From: Octopus sinensis
Taxonomy: Eukaryota
NCBI RefSeq assembly: GCF_006345805.1
Contig: NC_042998.1
Span: 107,508,001-107,572,000 of the forward strand
Length of the DNA stretch: 64,000 nucleotides
Reading direction: 5' to 3'
In this document: piece by piece, positions 12,105 to 24,910 of the stretch
Layout of the letters: every line of letters starts with the position of its first letter
Numbering within the stretch: position 1 is the first letter of the stretch
Translations under genes and position numbers: made by a program
The notes under the pieces: model-generated
The model's database searches: none
The model's input: the letters and a program-made list of their open reading frames with translations, nothing else
What the model was told of the DNA's origin: nothing

Positions 12105-12172
12105 GTCCACCCATTATTGAAACAGTCTCCCAAAATGCTTCTTCACTGCGTCAGGTAACCCCAGATTTAAAG
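12105..12172 (+). CDS. TMEM181: TMEM181 coding exon 3 (GPPIIETVSQNASSLRQVTPDLK)
   Basis: TTTATCTTTCAAG acceptor, AAG|GTTTGT donor. Phase 1 in, phase 0 out. An alternative in-frame donor sits at 12154. Confidence 0.85.
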
Positions 12173-13766
12173 GTTTGTAATATAACCATATTTTCATACT
12201 TTTTCAGAAGTTTGTTATTAGGTCACACTTGGTAGAGAATCAATACAACCAGTTTTGATGTTTTACATTATTCTGCTAAACAGCAGAAGGTATAAAGGTA
12301 CCCTTGGCAAAGGAATACCAAGATGAAGTTAGATTTTAGGATGTTTATTCTTATAAAGATGACACATGATAGGGTGGTGTGCTGGTATTTTGTACTGCAG
12401 CCCCATTAAACTTAACCAATGAGGAGACCTCAATGTGGTCACTCAATCTGCTTGAAATAACAACACTGTCTCCTTCAGATCACACCCTGTCATCTCAAAA
12501 AAGAAGTCATGACTAGAATGTCTTTCATAATAATTCTTGATCACAGTTGACTTAGATCTAGATGACCTTTGTCAATGTCAGTATGGGAAAAAGAAATGTG
12601 ATACTATTGTTATGTTAATATTATTACTTGCATTTTGCATGCTTGCACATAATTGGGTCTATTTAAGGTGGCTGCTAATTTGATGTAACAGCTTGGCTAT
12701 TCAGTTGGATAAAACATCTGAATGAAGAGAATCATGTGAGACAGTGACTGTTGACATAAATATTGTACAACACAGCAATGGCAATGTCAGTTAATAGTAA
12801 TTTTCAATCAATAATTCAGATGTGACAGGCTGGAATGCAATGTTTTGCTGCTGCATGGAGAATGAAATATGAAGATACTATTGATATATATATATATATA
12901 TAACAACTTCATTTTTATCTAGTACGAGAATGATGACCCTATAAGAAGTTTGTGTAAACAGTGAAAAACCTGGAATTTAAGACAGTGAAATTTTAAAGAA
13001 TAGATTTGTGATATTGTTATCAGTTCTTCCTTAACAGAAATTGATAACTGTTGAAGGCTAAAATTCTTATCACAACATAAAAGTTTTAGTGAATCAATTC
13101 AAAGTTATTGTCAGAGATTATGTGTCAGCTTATTTTTGCAAATTTTGATGAAATTGTCATTAAAGGACAATGTAAATAATGCGGTTGAAACAAGACTCAT
13201 AAATGGCATGCAATCATATTAGCATCATCATCATCATCGTTGTTTAACGTCTGCTTTCCAAACTGGCATGGGTTGGACGGTTTGATTGAGGGCTGGCAAG
13301 CCAGAAGACTGCACCAAGCCCCAATCTGATCTGGCAGTGTTTCTACAGCTGGATGCCCTTCTTAATGCCAATCACTCTGAGAGTGTATGTAGTCAGTGCT
13401 TTTTACGTACCACTGACATGAGGGCCAGTCAAAAGTATCAGTATTTTCAATCTGGTGATCAAACACTTAATGCATATATTGATTCATCTAGCAATATAAA
13501 ACAATTTCTAAATTTGAGATAATTGAAACAAAAGGAAAACAGAAGTTAAAAGAATAATTACAAAAAGTATTAACATTATCATCTTTATGTTCTAGGTTCA
13601 CATCTTACCATGGGTTCAGACCTTTACATCTTTCTAGACTTGATAAAGCAACTATTAGTAATGTACTGGTGTTGATTTATACATTCTTCTCTGCCTTATA
13701 AATTGATCTTATACTCTGCCAGAAGAAGCTAACGCATAAATGTTTTTTTTTAAAACCATTTTTTAG

Positions 13767-13857
13767 ACTGGGCCTTTTCATTTGAAATCACCACCCATGT
13801 CAACATTTCATCAACAGTTATGGTTAATTGGTAGTATTGATGCTGACAATGCTGGAA
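13767..13857 (+). CDS. TMEM181: TMEM181 coding exon 4 (TGPFHLKSPPMSTFHQQLWLIGSIDADNAG)
   Basis: TTTTTTAG acceptor, A|GTAAGT donor. STFHQQLWL corresponds to TMEM181 STYNQQLWL. Confidence 0.93.
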
Positions 13858-13958
13858 GTAAGTATGATATTAAATAAACTAGCAACATTACATAATCTAT
13901 TATTGAATTTTGTGATTTTCATTTTACATTGACAAAATAATCAATTAAGACATTTACT

Positions 13959-14379
13959 GGATTTTTTCGGTTTCAACGGCAGTTTTTCTAGCGGTGTCAT
14001 ATGAAATTGTCATCCATAATTATGACCCTAGTATCGATCTATTGCATTTCAATCTGTTTTAGGGTTAGGGTTAGTTAGGGGTTGGGGAAGGGTATCTTTT
14101 TTTCTTCAGAAATGTAAATAAACCCAATCTGTTTCTTAAACGAGGGACATATTCATATGGCACAGAATGTTTTCACCTCAATAGACGTCATTGATTGGTT
14201 GAAATTGCAGAAATTGAAGAAAAAAAAACAACAAATATCTTACAAACTATAGAATTTTCTCAATAAAGCCAAGAGAAAAAGATATTTTATAAACACATTC
14301 TACCAGTATACGAAGTTTAAAAGTGTTTAGTTATGTGGAAATTATTTTAAAAAAACTGCCGTTCAAACCGATAAGATCC
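13959..14379. mobile_element. 421-bp non-autonomous DNA transposon (MITE) with an 8-bp TSD
   Basis: TIRs GGATTTTTTCGGTTTCAACGGCAGTTTTT and reverse complement GGATCTTATCGGTTTGAACGGCAGTTTTT. TSD CATTTACT at 13951-13958 and 14380-14387. Confidence 0.92.
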
Positions 14380-14629
14380 CATTTACTTGATTATTTAAAT
14401 GTGATGTTATAGACTTTCAAAGAGACATATAAGTATGGTTGCAAGAATAAAAAATTGAAAATGTAACACTTGTTTCTTTTTAGTGTGTAAGACCCAGAAT
14501 TACAATATTTTTTTACTCTTTTACTGGTTACATGCATTCAGCTGTGGCCATGCTGGAACATTATCTGCAAGGATCGCTCATATTGACATTTTAAGTTCAT
14601 TACTTATTTTATTGATGGGGTATTACTAC

Positions 14630-14990
14630 AGAGGACTTATGAAAACTTGAAAGAATTGAAGCCAGCATGCTCTACTGGATGGGTAATGTCAGTGTGCATA
14701 TTCAACAGAGTGTAAATGATGTAAGAGGAAAATTGTGTGCAAGAGAGAAGACTATACTGGTATGGTTGTGTGATGCATATGGATGAAGACAGCTACTTAA
14801 AGAAGTGCTGATCTCTAAATGTGGAGGGAACCATTGAAAGGGGTTGACCCAGGAAAACGTGGGATGAAGTGGTGAGAAAGGATCTTCAGATGCTGGGTCT
14901 CACTAAGGAGATGACAAGGGACCAGGATGTGTGGTGATTTACTGTACTTAAGATGCTTCAAGCTAAGTAAAATTGTGGTCATCCATACAT
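14630..14990 (+). mobile_element. RTE 3' fragment (approximate)
   Basis: Nucleotide similarity to 653-1115 (gtaatgtcagtgtgcatat, acccaggaaaacgtgggatga). Confidence 0.75.
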
Positions 14991-16010
14991 ACAGGCATGT
15001 CCTTTTTGGCCTTGCCCCCACTCCCTCTCCCAGCTGAGAAGTCTTTGCCTTGCAGGTGCCCATGCCACATAAAATGCACTTGTGCTGGTGCTATGTAAAT
15101 GCACCCATGCAAAAAGTACCCAGCACACTCTGTAAAGTGGCTGGCATTAGGAAGGGCATCGAGCCGTAGAAACTATGCCAAAACAGACAACTGGAGTCTG
15201 GCCAGCTCCTGTCAAACCATCCAACCCATACCAGCATGGAAAATGTCTGTTGATGATGATGATGATGATGTCAAACTGCTAAGTTATGGGAAATAGAAAA
15301 CCATGTGGCTGCAAAGTGAATGTCTTAACTACATAGCCATGTCTGTGCCTATATCAGTGTTAATTTCATTTCACTTAAGTGACTAAAAGGATTTAAACAT
15401 TTTTTTCTTTTAATATTTGAATGTAAAAAACAACAATAGGGTAGCCACCAGATCCTCACTTTTGGTGGCAGAAGCCAGAGAAATTGACTTGTGTAACTTT
15501 TACACCACTGTCATGGACATCCTTGTTTCAAATGTAACATTTTTACTTCTCTGGGCAAATAAACAACTCCACCTCTCTCTTTATTGACTCTCACTTTATT
15601 GACTCTCACTTTATTTACTTGCATGGCCCTCACAAGCCATTCATCTATTCCTAGTTTCCTTATGAAATCCTGTCCTAGGTTGATGATTGCTGGGTTTTAG
15701 AGCTTATCCCTAGCTAAATACTCTTTAAATTATCTCACAATTAATATGGCATCTGCTGTACTTTTTCCTAGTATAAACTCAAAATGCATATCATTTATGC
15801 TGATATATTGCTCATTTGGATGTAGACTGTTAACTTACATGAAGTGGAAAATTCAGGTGAGCTGAGTAGTAAAAGTATATCAGCTCTATAATTAATTTCT
15901 CTATAGAAAGCTTGGTTAAAGAGAGAGATGATTCCAATAATTTTAATGAATGTTTGTTCAACATCTGTAAAATTTCAACTAATTTTTAGCATATTGATCT
16001 TTGTGAGTGA

Positions 16011-16014
<4 letters not shown>

Positions 16015-16088
<74 letters not shown>
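16015..16088. repeat. (GA)n microsatellite
   Basis: Direct reading. Confidence 0.95.
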
Positions 16089-16091
<3 letters not shown>

Positions 16092-16479
16092 TAGCTAATT
16101 AACCTATATTATTCACAACTGGAAATAAGTGTTTCCAGTTGTGGAAAGAGAGAAGGAGATGTTTATAGTTGGTGGGAAGCTTTTTTTTCTTTTGTGTGTG
16201 CCAATAAATTTTTTTATTTGTCTTATTGAGGAAACAAATATCTGTATATTTTAGTTATGCTATAAACTAAGGTAGTGTCTGCTCTATCTACCAATATTTA
16301 ATTCTCAGTGGCATAAGCCATTTAACTACAAATAGATTGTTGTTGCATAGTCCTAGGTCTGATTGAGTGAATCTATGATGTTCAGGTATTGAGCTGAAAG
16401 ACTAGGTGCAACTGAGAGATCTTTGTTCTATGCTAATGTCTAGTTTAGAACCCTAGTACATACTTTGACATGCAGTAGC

Positions 16480-18900
16480 ATGTAGTACAGTGTGACATGT
16501 CTATTTCTGTACACCTATACATCTATTTCTGGCCATATCTGCTGCTGTACACCTGTTGGTGGAAAGTCAACTTTGTCAAAGCATAGCAATTGCTGTTTCT
16601 TTGCATGTATTGTTGGTGGTGTGCATCTTATCTCAGCATTTGGTGTTTGTTCCTTCTCGAGCCATGCCTGGCTCATAAGGGCTGATTTCCTGGTTTCTTG
16701 GCGTATAGGTTCCCCACCTGGACGGGACACCGGTCCATCGCAGGTGAGCTGCAAGATGCAGGAGGAAAGAGTGAGAGAAAGTTGTGGCGAAAGAGTCAGC
16801 AGAAGTTTCACCATTACTTTCTGCTGGAGCCGTGTGGAGCTTAGGTGTTTCGCGCATAAACACACACATTGTCCAGTCTGAGATTTGAACCCGCGATCCC
16901 TCGACCGCGAGTCCGCTGCTCTAACCACTAGGCCATGTGCCTCCACAACACCATTTGGTGTTAGGCCTTTTTATGGTACAGCTATTTCTGTGTGTATGTG
17001 TTCTGGGTGTTGTATATGTCTGCATGTTTGAAGATAGTTTTTCATGTAGAGGCATGGACTATAGGGGTTAGAGTTTGCTGTAGCAACAAACTGCATCTTT
17101 CATATGTCATGTCTAAATGGTCTTTTATTTTCAATATTTCTATTTCCCTGTGTAGCTGAGCTGTTGGTATGGTCTACATAGTTGTATTGATGCAAAATAC
17201 GATGTTATATGTTGTTTGTAGTTTGTTGTGGAGAGATTGGAGGTTCAGACGGCACTGGGGTTATCCATGGTAGATCTAATGTAATATTTGTACATTATTG
17301 TGGTTTCTTTCTGTGAATGCTGTAAATATGTTTGTGCTTTGTTTTTTCTTTCTTTTCTGTATGTATTGTGAATGCTGTGGAAGTGTTGTACATAACTTCT
17401 GGAATTTTTGTCTTCTAGTACTGCTGAGTTTGGAGAATAGTTGCAGAATGTAAGAATGATGTTACCTATGTATAAGGGTGTGTGAATATTTTTTGAGGTG
17501 GGGGAAGATCTTGTAAGTATAGGTTGAAAAGAGTGGGTGATAAATGGATAATGGGGAATGGAGTTGAAAGTTTGTTAAAATGGTGATTTTAAAAAAATTA
17601 TTCTTGTTGGAGCCTTCATGTTTTCTTTGTGATATAGACTTGTGTGTGGTTTGGTTGTTACGTATAGTGGTCTGAATCTCTGTTGTAATTTGGTGAAGGG
17701 AATAAGGGTTAATCAAAATTTAATTTTTTAAAAATTATTTGTAAGTATGCAGGGTGATATGTCAGTATCATAGTAGTTCATTTGGATTTTTGTTAGAATG
17801 AATAAAATATATGATTTTTTTCTAGTTTCCAGATTCTGATAGTATTGATAGGAGTAGTTTTAGATATTGGTAATGTTGGTAAGTGCAGTGACTCCTTCAA
17901 ATCCTAAATGTTTCAGATGTAAGTTTGACATTTTGTCAGAGCCTGAGACTTAAGATTTTAGAATTCACTATTGCTTTTGAGGTGTCTGATATGAACAATG
18001 TCAAAATAATGGTCTAAGGAGAAGGTGCATGTTTTACACATGTTCTTTTCTTCATTAGGTGAATTTTAGTGACTAATTTTCCAGAAATATTTGTTTAATG
18101 TGGATGTTTGCTTGGTGATGGTGTGTATGTTATTTAAGGATTGGCCATTATTGTTGTTGGTGCTAATAGTATTTTACTGTTTTGTAGTTTATGTTGAATA
18201 AAAGTGTGGAAATTTTTCTATGATTTATTTTCTTTATTTCTTATTTTTAGTTGTTTACTGCTGAGTTATTTAGTTAGGTTGTGTGTAGTATTATGTATAT
18301 AGTGCATAGTGTTGCGAGAAAAGCTCCCACATTTTACATGGCCAAGAATGTGAATTTGGTTTTTCTGTTGTACCCTGTACTTGAGGTTGCCTCTAGTTTT
18401 TATGTGATTAGCTATTTTTAATGTCTAATTGGGATGTATATTACTTTGAGAGATATTTTTGGATATGTCTAAAATATTTCGTTGAATCTGCATTCTGCAG
18501 TGTTTATGTTAGTGATTGTACTGTTGAATTCTGCTAACCTTCATTGTTTCCTCACGGAGTTGTTGCCACTGAAATTCTGAAATTTGTAAAAGATTTTTCA
18601 TTGCTTGTTGATGTGTAGATGTGTTATGATAAGTATAGGAGGTGGTTAGTGTGTTGAGGGATTGTTTACCTTGAAGTATGTGGAGCAGAATGAGATATTT
18701 GATGAAGAGTTATAAGTCAACTCAGTCAGAGATGTGTGTTTTAATGCAATTTAGTGTTATATGTATTATTTTTGTGCTAAGATGTGCTGTGTGTCTTCAA
18801 ATTTACATCTGTAATGGTGTTTGTGAAAGTTTCAAGGTGCAGCTCACTGTTGTAAGCTTTATGAATCTTGCATAATTGATGAGTATGTCATTACATTATA
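16480..18900 (-). mobile_element. Old, unclassified retroelement-like remnant hosting the young SINE (approximate)
   Basis: Strong strand asymmetry (A/C-rich on the minus strand) and short stop-riddled frames. No motif I can assign firmly. Confidence 0.3.
16648..16951 (-). mobile_element. Young tRNA-derived SINE with an 11-bp TSD
   Basis: A-box TGGCCTAGTGGTTAG, B-box GGTTCAAATC, central CCTGCGATGGAC...CCCGTCCAGG motif and CpGs intact. Direct repeat CATTTGGTGTT at 16637-16647 and 16952-16962. Confidence 0.92.
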
Positions 18901-19182
18901 GTATTGAGCTGAAATCCTCATGAGCCTAAGGAAAAGACCAACTTCTCTCATGGGCCATTACAGGACAACGAAGTATCTTGACCATTATTTATAAATGTCT
19001 ATTATTTATTTATTAGTCAAAAGGATTGTAATACTTAACCAAAATTTTCTAAACAATTTCTCATACGAATCCCTTGAAATCTTAAGAAGTCCTCACAGTT
19101 CACATATTGTATCATGTCTTAGTTGACCTTTTATTGCTTAAAACTTTATCAGTTTGTTAAAGATGTCCCATTGGTTTTGCAG

Positions 19183-19322
19183 TGGCCAAGTTTGAACAAG
19201 AGTTCACAGTCAGTGTTCAGATCAGGGCTATTCAAAAAAATGAAAAACTCAAAGAATTGTTTGACAATCCAAATCTGACAGGAGAGATCCACAACCACAC
19301 AAGAAACCTACGATGTGCTCAT
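19183..19322 (+). CDS. TMEM181: TMEM181 coding exon 5 (MAKFEQEFTVSVQIRAIQKNEKLKELFDNPNLTGEIHNHTRNLRCAH)
   Basis: TTTTGCAG acceptor, CAT|GTGAGT donor. HNHTRNLRC corresponds to HNRTRTLTC. Phase 1 in, phase 0 out. Confidence 0.92.
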
Positions 19323-20325
19323 GTGAGTTGGAAACTAACAAACTTTGTTATAATCTATATGTTTCTCTTTGTTCATTGGTTAAAATGGTTGACACCTTTC
19401 ACTTGCAATGTTATCTATATACACCACGTTTTATGCTATCACCTCTCAATACTACAACATGCCTCACACAAAATTCTACAGACTTCTCTTGGTACTATAA
19501 TATAACCTAAACATTATTGCAACCTACCCTGTAAATGTGAACACTTAAGGTTACCACAGATGCTAGACTTCACCATCACTATATTCTTTAGTGTAACCTA
19601 CCAGTATTATAACACAACTTGTACAAATATAGTCTTCACAATACTATCACACACTTCACATTCTACACAAACACTTCTCAAAGCAAGCAACTCTCCATTA
19701 ATTCACACCCTACTGTCTTGGGAAAGGAAAGGATACACTAGGTAATATAGTCCTATGTGCACCAAAGCAAATGGAGTACCTTTGAACAAAGATGGCTTGA
19801 TCAATGCTGATACACACTAAGCAAGAACAGCATGTCACAGCTCACACTTTACATTTATATTATACAATCATAGACATAATATACTCAATGAACCATCATC
19901 ATCAACGTTTCTCTGCTCTCCATGCTAGCATGGGTTGGACGATTTGACTGAGGACTGGCGAACCAGATGGCTGCACCAGGCTCCAATCTGATCTGGCAGA
20001 GTTTCTACAACTGGATGCCCTTCCTAGCGCCAACCACTCTGAGAATGTAGTGGGTGCCTTGTGAGTGGATTTGGTAGATGGCAACTGAAAGAAGCCCGTC
20101 ATATGTATATATGTTTGTGTGTCTGTGTTTGTTCCCCCCACCATCGCTTGACAACCGATGTTGGTGTGTTTACATCCCCGTAACCTAGTGGTTCGGCAAA
20201 AGAGACTGATTGGATAAGTACGAGGCTTACAAAGAATAAATCCTGGGGTCGATTTGTTTGACTAAAAGCAGTACTCCATCATGGCTGCAGTCAAATGACT
20301 GAAACAAATAAAAGAATATGTGTAC

Positions 20326-20385
<60 letters not shown>

Positions 20386-20754
20386 AAATAAAAATCAAAT
20401 GGAAATTGTAGTTAAGATACCTGTGTTGGTGACACGTAAAAAGCACCATCTGAATGTGGCAGTTGCCAGCGCCGCCTGACTGGCATCTGTGTCGGTGACA
20501 CGTAAAAGCACTAACCAATCGTGGTTGTTGCCAGCCTCCTCTGGCCTCTGTGCCGGTGGCATGTAAAAAGCACCCACTACACTCACGGAGTGGTTGGCGT
20601 TAGGAAGGGCATCTAGCTGTAGAAACACTGCCGGATCAGACTGGAGCCTAGTGCAGCCTCCTGGTTTCCCAGACCCCGGTTGAACTGTCCAACCCATGCT
20701 AACATGGAAAACGGACGTTAAACGATGATGATGATGATATATACACATACCTTG

Positions 20755-21710
20755 CTCTAATAGCTGAATTCCAGAACTAGAACTGATCTAATACCAGAAT
20801 TAGAACTGCTCTGATACCAGAACTAGAGAAGTTACAGGTGTGGAAGTAAGGTCTAGAATTGAAGGGCCTTAGAGTCAATCTAGCAAAAACCAAAGTCTTA
20901 GTAAGAAGGCAGACAAATCACAAATCCCTTCAGGTAGATGGCCCTGCTTGTTCTGTTGAAAAGGTATAGCTGGAAACTCCATATGATGTACCCAGTGTAA
21001 GCTATGGACATATAAGAGGTGCAGTAATATCAAAGGAAGGTTAACTGGGAAGATAGTTTTTGTGTGTGGCAGATGCACAGTGGCAATAAACACTAAAGGC
21101 ATACAGAAAACAGATTCCATCACATGCCAGGAGGAAAAACTAGAGTAGTTGATAGCTTCCGTTACCTAGGTGACCAAGCTCTGAGAGTATAGCTGCTAGA
21201 ATAAGAAGAGCCTGGGCAAAGTTCAAGGTGCTCCTACCTCTGCTGGTAACAAAGCGCTTCTCACTCAAAGTGAAAGATAGACTGTATGATGTATGTGTGC
21301 GAACAGCCATGCTACATGGCAGTGAAACATGGGCTGTGACTGCTGAGGACATGCATAGGCTTGAAAGAAATGAAGCTAGTATACTCTACTGGATGTGTAA
21401 TGTCAGTGTGCATATACAATAGCGTAAGCACCCTGAGAGAAAAATTGGACATAAGAAGCATCAGATGTGGTGTGCAAGAGAGATGACTGCGCTGGTATGG
21501 TCATATGTTGCATATGGATGAGGGCAGCTATGTGAAGAAGCGTCACACCCTCACGGTGTAAGGAACCTGTGGAAGAGGTAGATCCTGGAAGACATGGGAT
21601 GAGGTGGTGGAGCATCACCTTTGGATGTTGGGCCTCACAGAGGCAATAACAAGCTACCGAAACCTTTGGAGATATACTGTAATTGAGAAGACCCGGCAAG
21701 TCAAGTGAGA
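20755..21710 (+). mobile_element. RTE-clade LINE 3' fragment including the Cys-rich insert
   Basis: Same family as 653-1115 (AMLHGSETWAVTAEDMHRLERNEAS), plus GRWPC...CTQCKLWT.KRC segments. Confidence 0.88.
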
Positions 21711-24187
21711 TTGTCGCTGTGGTTGATGGCAGTGTTGCATAACTGGCCCTGTTTCAGAGTACCCTTCAATCGTCAGACAATATGCTGTGCTTGAAAAGAC
21801 CTGTTGAGTCAAGTGGAATCGTAGTTGTGACTGATTCTGTTGCTGCCTGATGGGCACCTGTGCCAGTGGCATGTAAAAAGCACCATTTGTGCATGGTTGA
21901 TGCCAGTGTTTCCTGACTGGTTCCCATGCGGGTGGCATGTAAAAAGCACCATTTGAACTTGGTCGATACCAGTGTGGCCTGACTGGCTCCCATGCCAGTG
22001 GCACATAAAAACCACCATTTGAGCATGGTCGATGCTAGTGCCACTTGACTGGCCTTTGTGCTGGTGACATATAAAAAGCACCCACTATGCTCTTGGAGTA
22101 GTTGGCATTAGGAAGGTCATTCAGCTGTAGAAACCTTGCCAGATCAGGCTGGAGCCTGTTGCAATCTCCTGGCTTGCTAGTCCTCAGTCAAACCGTCCAA
22201 CTCATGCCATCATGGAAAGTGGATGTTAATTGATGATGATGTTTCTTACAGTTTCTTTTTACGAATTCAACTCACAAGGCTTTTATTGGTCCTAGGGTAT
22301 AGTAGAAGACACTTGCCCAAAGTGTTATGCAGTGAGATTGAATCTGGAATCATGTGGTTGAGAAGCAAACTTCTTACTACGCTGTCACACTTACACCTAT
22401 AAATATATGTAATAATGTATTTGTAGTGTAGATTAGTCAGCTAATGCATGGTGAGAGTTATGTAACAGACTATAGAACACAGTTTCTGGCTCAGAGAATA
22501 TGCAGTGTTCTAATCTCAAAGATGTTTTTGTCTGAGGAGTTGAACTTAGAATTTTTTTTGCCAAATGTCTGGCTTCTCATACATTTTGTGTTTAATCTTT
22601 AGTTTGTTTTCGCTATTACAACTAAAGCCATGCTGGGCTCATCTTTGAGTACTTATGTGGTATCTTTAAAAAAAAAAAAGATTTATAATCTAAATGTTCT
22701 TTGGTAATTGAAATTTACACCTTTTTGTAGTGTACTGAGGTTAACTTAAACATAGTTTATCGCATTTTCATTAAAATTTTGTGGGTATTTAAAAGATAAT
22801 TTTTTATAAAAATAATTATAACATTTTTTTCTTTAAAAAAAAGACAAGCAAAAACTATCTCAGCCAACCATATTTTTGTGACAAGTGCCATAGTAATAAT
22901 AGATTAATTTATGATTTAGTTTCAATTTCTTCTTGGATATTTTTCATTTATGTCAATGGTGACTTTGGGAAAAGCACGAATATAACAGGACCTAGTTTTC
23001 CCCCTCTTCCAATGCTGTACAGTACTTATATACCTTATAAATCGGTTATTAGCTGCTATTTTCAACCTTCACCACTAAACAGCTAATCTGATTATTAAAA
23101 CATTAATCCTTGAGTAATCATAGAGGGTTTTTTTTTATTTTCTCTAAATTATTGTTATTGTGGTTGAATTTTTTCTAGTTTTATATAAAGAGAAAGACTA
23201 AAGGATTATCCCTTGTTACTAAAGAAAGTCTCCACTGGAAATGGATGATATATGTAAAAATGCACCAGTACACTCTGTAAAATGTTTGGTGATAAGGGCA
23301 TTGAGTCATTGCAAACAAGCCAAATGACATGAACAATTATCAGTCTTTGGGAGCAGCAGCTCCCATTAAGAAATGACTTGTAACTGTGATGACCCTCCAA
23401 TCCATGCTAGCATGGGATACAGATGTAAGAAAGATAATGATTGTGATGACGATGATGATGGCTATTAATCAGTCAGTGTTAGCAGGATAAGTTATTTTAT
23501 TAATATCCAACATTGCAAGGTGTTCTACCTCAGTCTAATATTTCTGATGAGAAATAAACCCTATCAATCGAAATATGAAGTATAGTTAAAAATAGCAGAA
23601 AATACATTTATAGAACTAATTTGAAAAGATGGAATGTCAAATATTGTGAATTGTTATTAGCAATGTAGTTACTAACCAAGTGATAGATACAAGCATGGTT
23701 CAAGTCCTATTGTTAGGCCTGTTGCTTTTTGCCTATCTTAAATTGGAGCTTACGATAATCATAAAACAATTTCTACTCTCTACATCACAACTGAGTGGTT
23801 AGCAATAAAAAAAATCATGTAATAGAACCCTCTCACCTGTTTGTGGGATAGAGAGTTGCTGAAGAGGTCACAGAATGTGTGACAAAAGAACTTAGACAAA
23901 AAAAACTAAAATAACAATAAAGCTAAAGTGAAGACCAAATATATAGTGCATGTGTTTAATTGGCAAAATATGACCATCCCCAAGTATAACAATAGGATTT
24001 TAAAAAAATTCTCCCTTAAACTTTTACTAAATCAATTTTATTTTTGCTATTATGAGATTTCTTGAACATTATGTACAGTTCTACAATTATAATTGAGATA
24101 AATTTTCTGAAATTATAAAACTGTTGTCAATAAAATGTACAAAATATTATATTTTATGATTAATTTTTGATTTTATGATTGTTGTAG

Positions 24188-24307
24188 AAATGTGATGACC
24201 TAATTTTGATGCACTTGGGATTTTTGGATTATTCCAATTATATTATCACTGTCCGTTTCTTTGGATTAGAAAACCTCAAATACAAATTTGAAAATATTGA
24301 TTTTCAT
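24188..24307 (+). CDS. TMEM181: TMEM181 coding exon 6 (KCDDLILMHLGFLDYSNYIITVRFFGLENLKYKFENIDFH)
   Basis: GTTGTAG acceptor, CAT|GTAAGT donor. HLGFLDY corresponds to HLGYLNY. Confidence 0.95.
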
Positions 24308-24430
24308 GTAAGTAAACTTAACAATATAGTATGACATTGTTATGCTCTTTAATTTTCTTTTCAATTTAGTCTAAGGAAAAAATGTATTTTCATGGGTATG
24401 GGGATGCAGTAGACTAGAAATCTTTTGATT

Positions 24431-24910
24431 TAAGATGGCGAGCTGGCAGAAATGTTAGCATGCCGGGCGAAATGCTTAGTGGTATTTCGTCTACTAAAGG
24501 CGGCGAGCTGGCAGAAACGTTAGCACGCCGGGTGAAATGCGTAGCCGTATTTCATCTGTCGTTACGCTGTGAGTTCAAATTCTGCCGAGGTCGACTTTAC
24601 CTTTCATCCTTTCGAGGTCGATAAATTAAGTACCAGTTACGCACTGGGGTCGATGGAATCGACTTAATACCTATGTCTGTCCTTGTTTGTCCCATCTATG
24701 TTTAGCCCCTTGTGGGTAATAAAGAAATAGGTATTTCGTCTACTGTTATGTTCTGAGTTCAATTTCCACCGAGGTCGACTTTGCCTTTCATCCTTTCGGG
24801 ATCAATAAATTAAATACCAGTTATGCACTGGGGTCGATGTAATCGACTTAATCCCTTTGTTTGTCCCTTCTATGTTTAGCCCCTTGTGGGCAATAAAGAA
24901 ATAAAAAAAA
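24431..24910 (+). mobile_element. Composite tRNA-derived SINE with duplicated head and duplicated body
   Basis: Two GGCGAGCTGGCAGAAA.GTTAGCA.GCCGGG heads and two GAGTTCAA...GAGGTCGACTTT.CCTTTCATCCTTTCG...AATAAAGAAATA bodies. Older copies lie at about 2130-2340 and 45390-45560. Confidence 0.85.

Noticed and set aside
16880-16946. tRNA gene
   Set aside because: It has A and B boxes but no acceptor-stem 3' half, and continues into a SINE body with a TSD.
21654-22081. Quasi-periodic GGCA(C/T)(G/A)TAAAAAGCACC units resembling a CRISPR or minisatellite array
   Set aside because: These are the internal tandem subunits of the abundant SINE family and recur at about 1260-1480, 20430-20580, 52020-52290 and 56150-56400. 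There are no unique spacers or cas genes.
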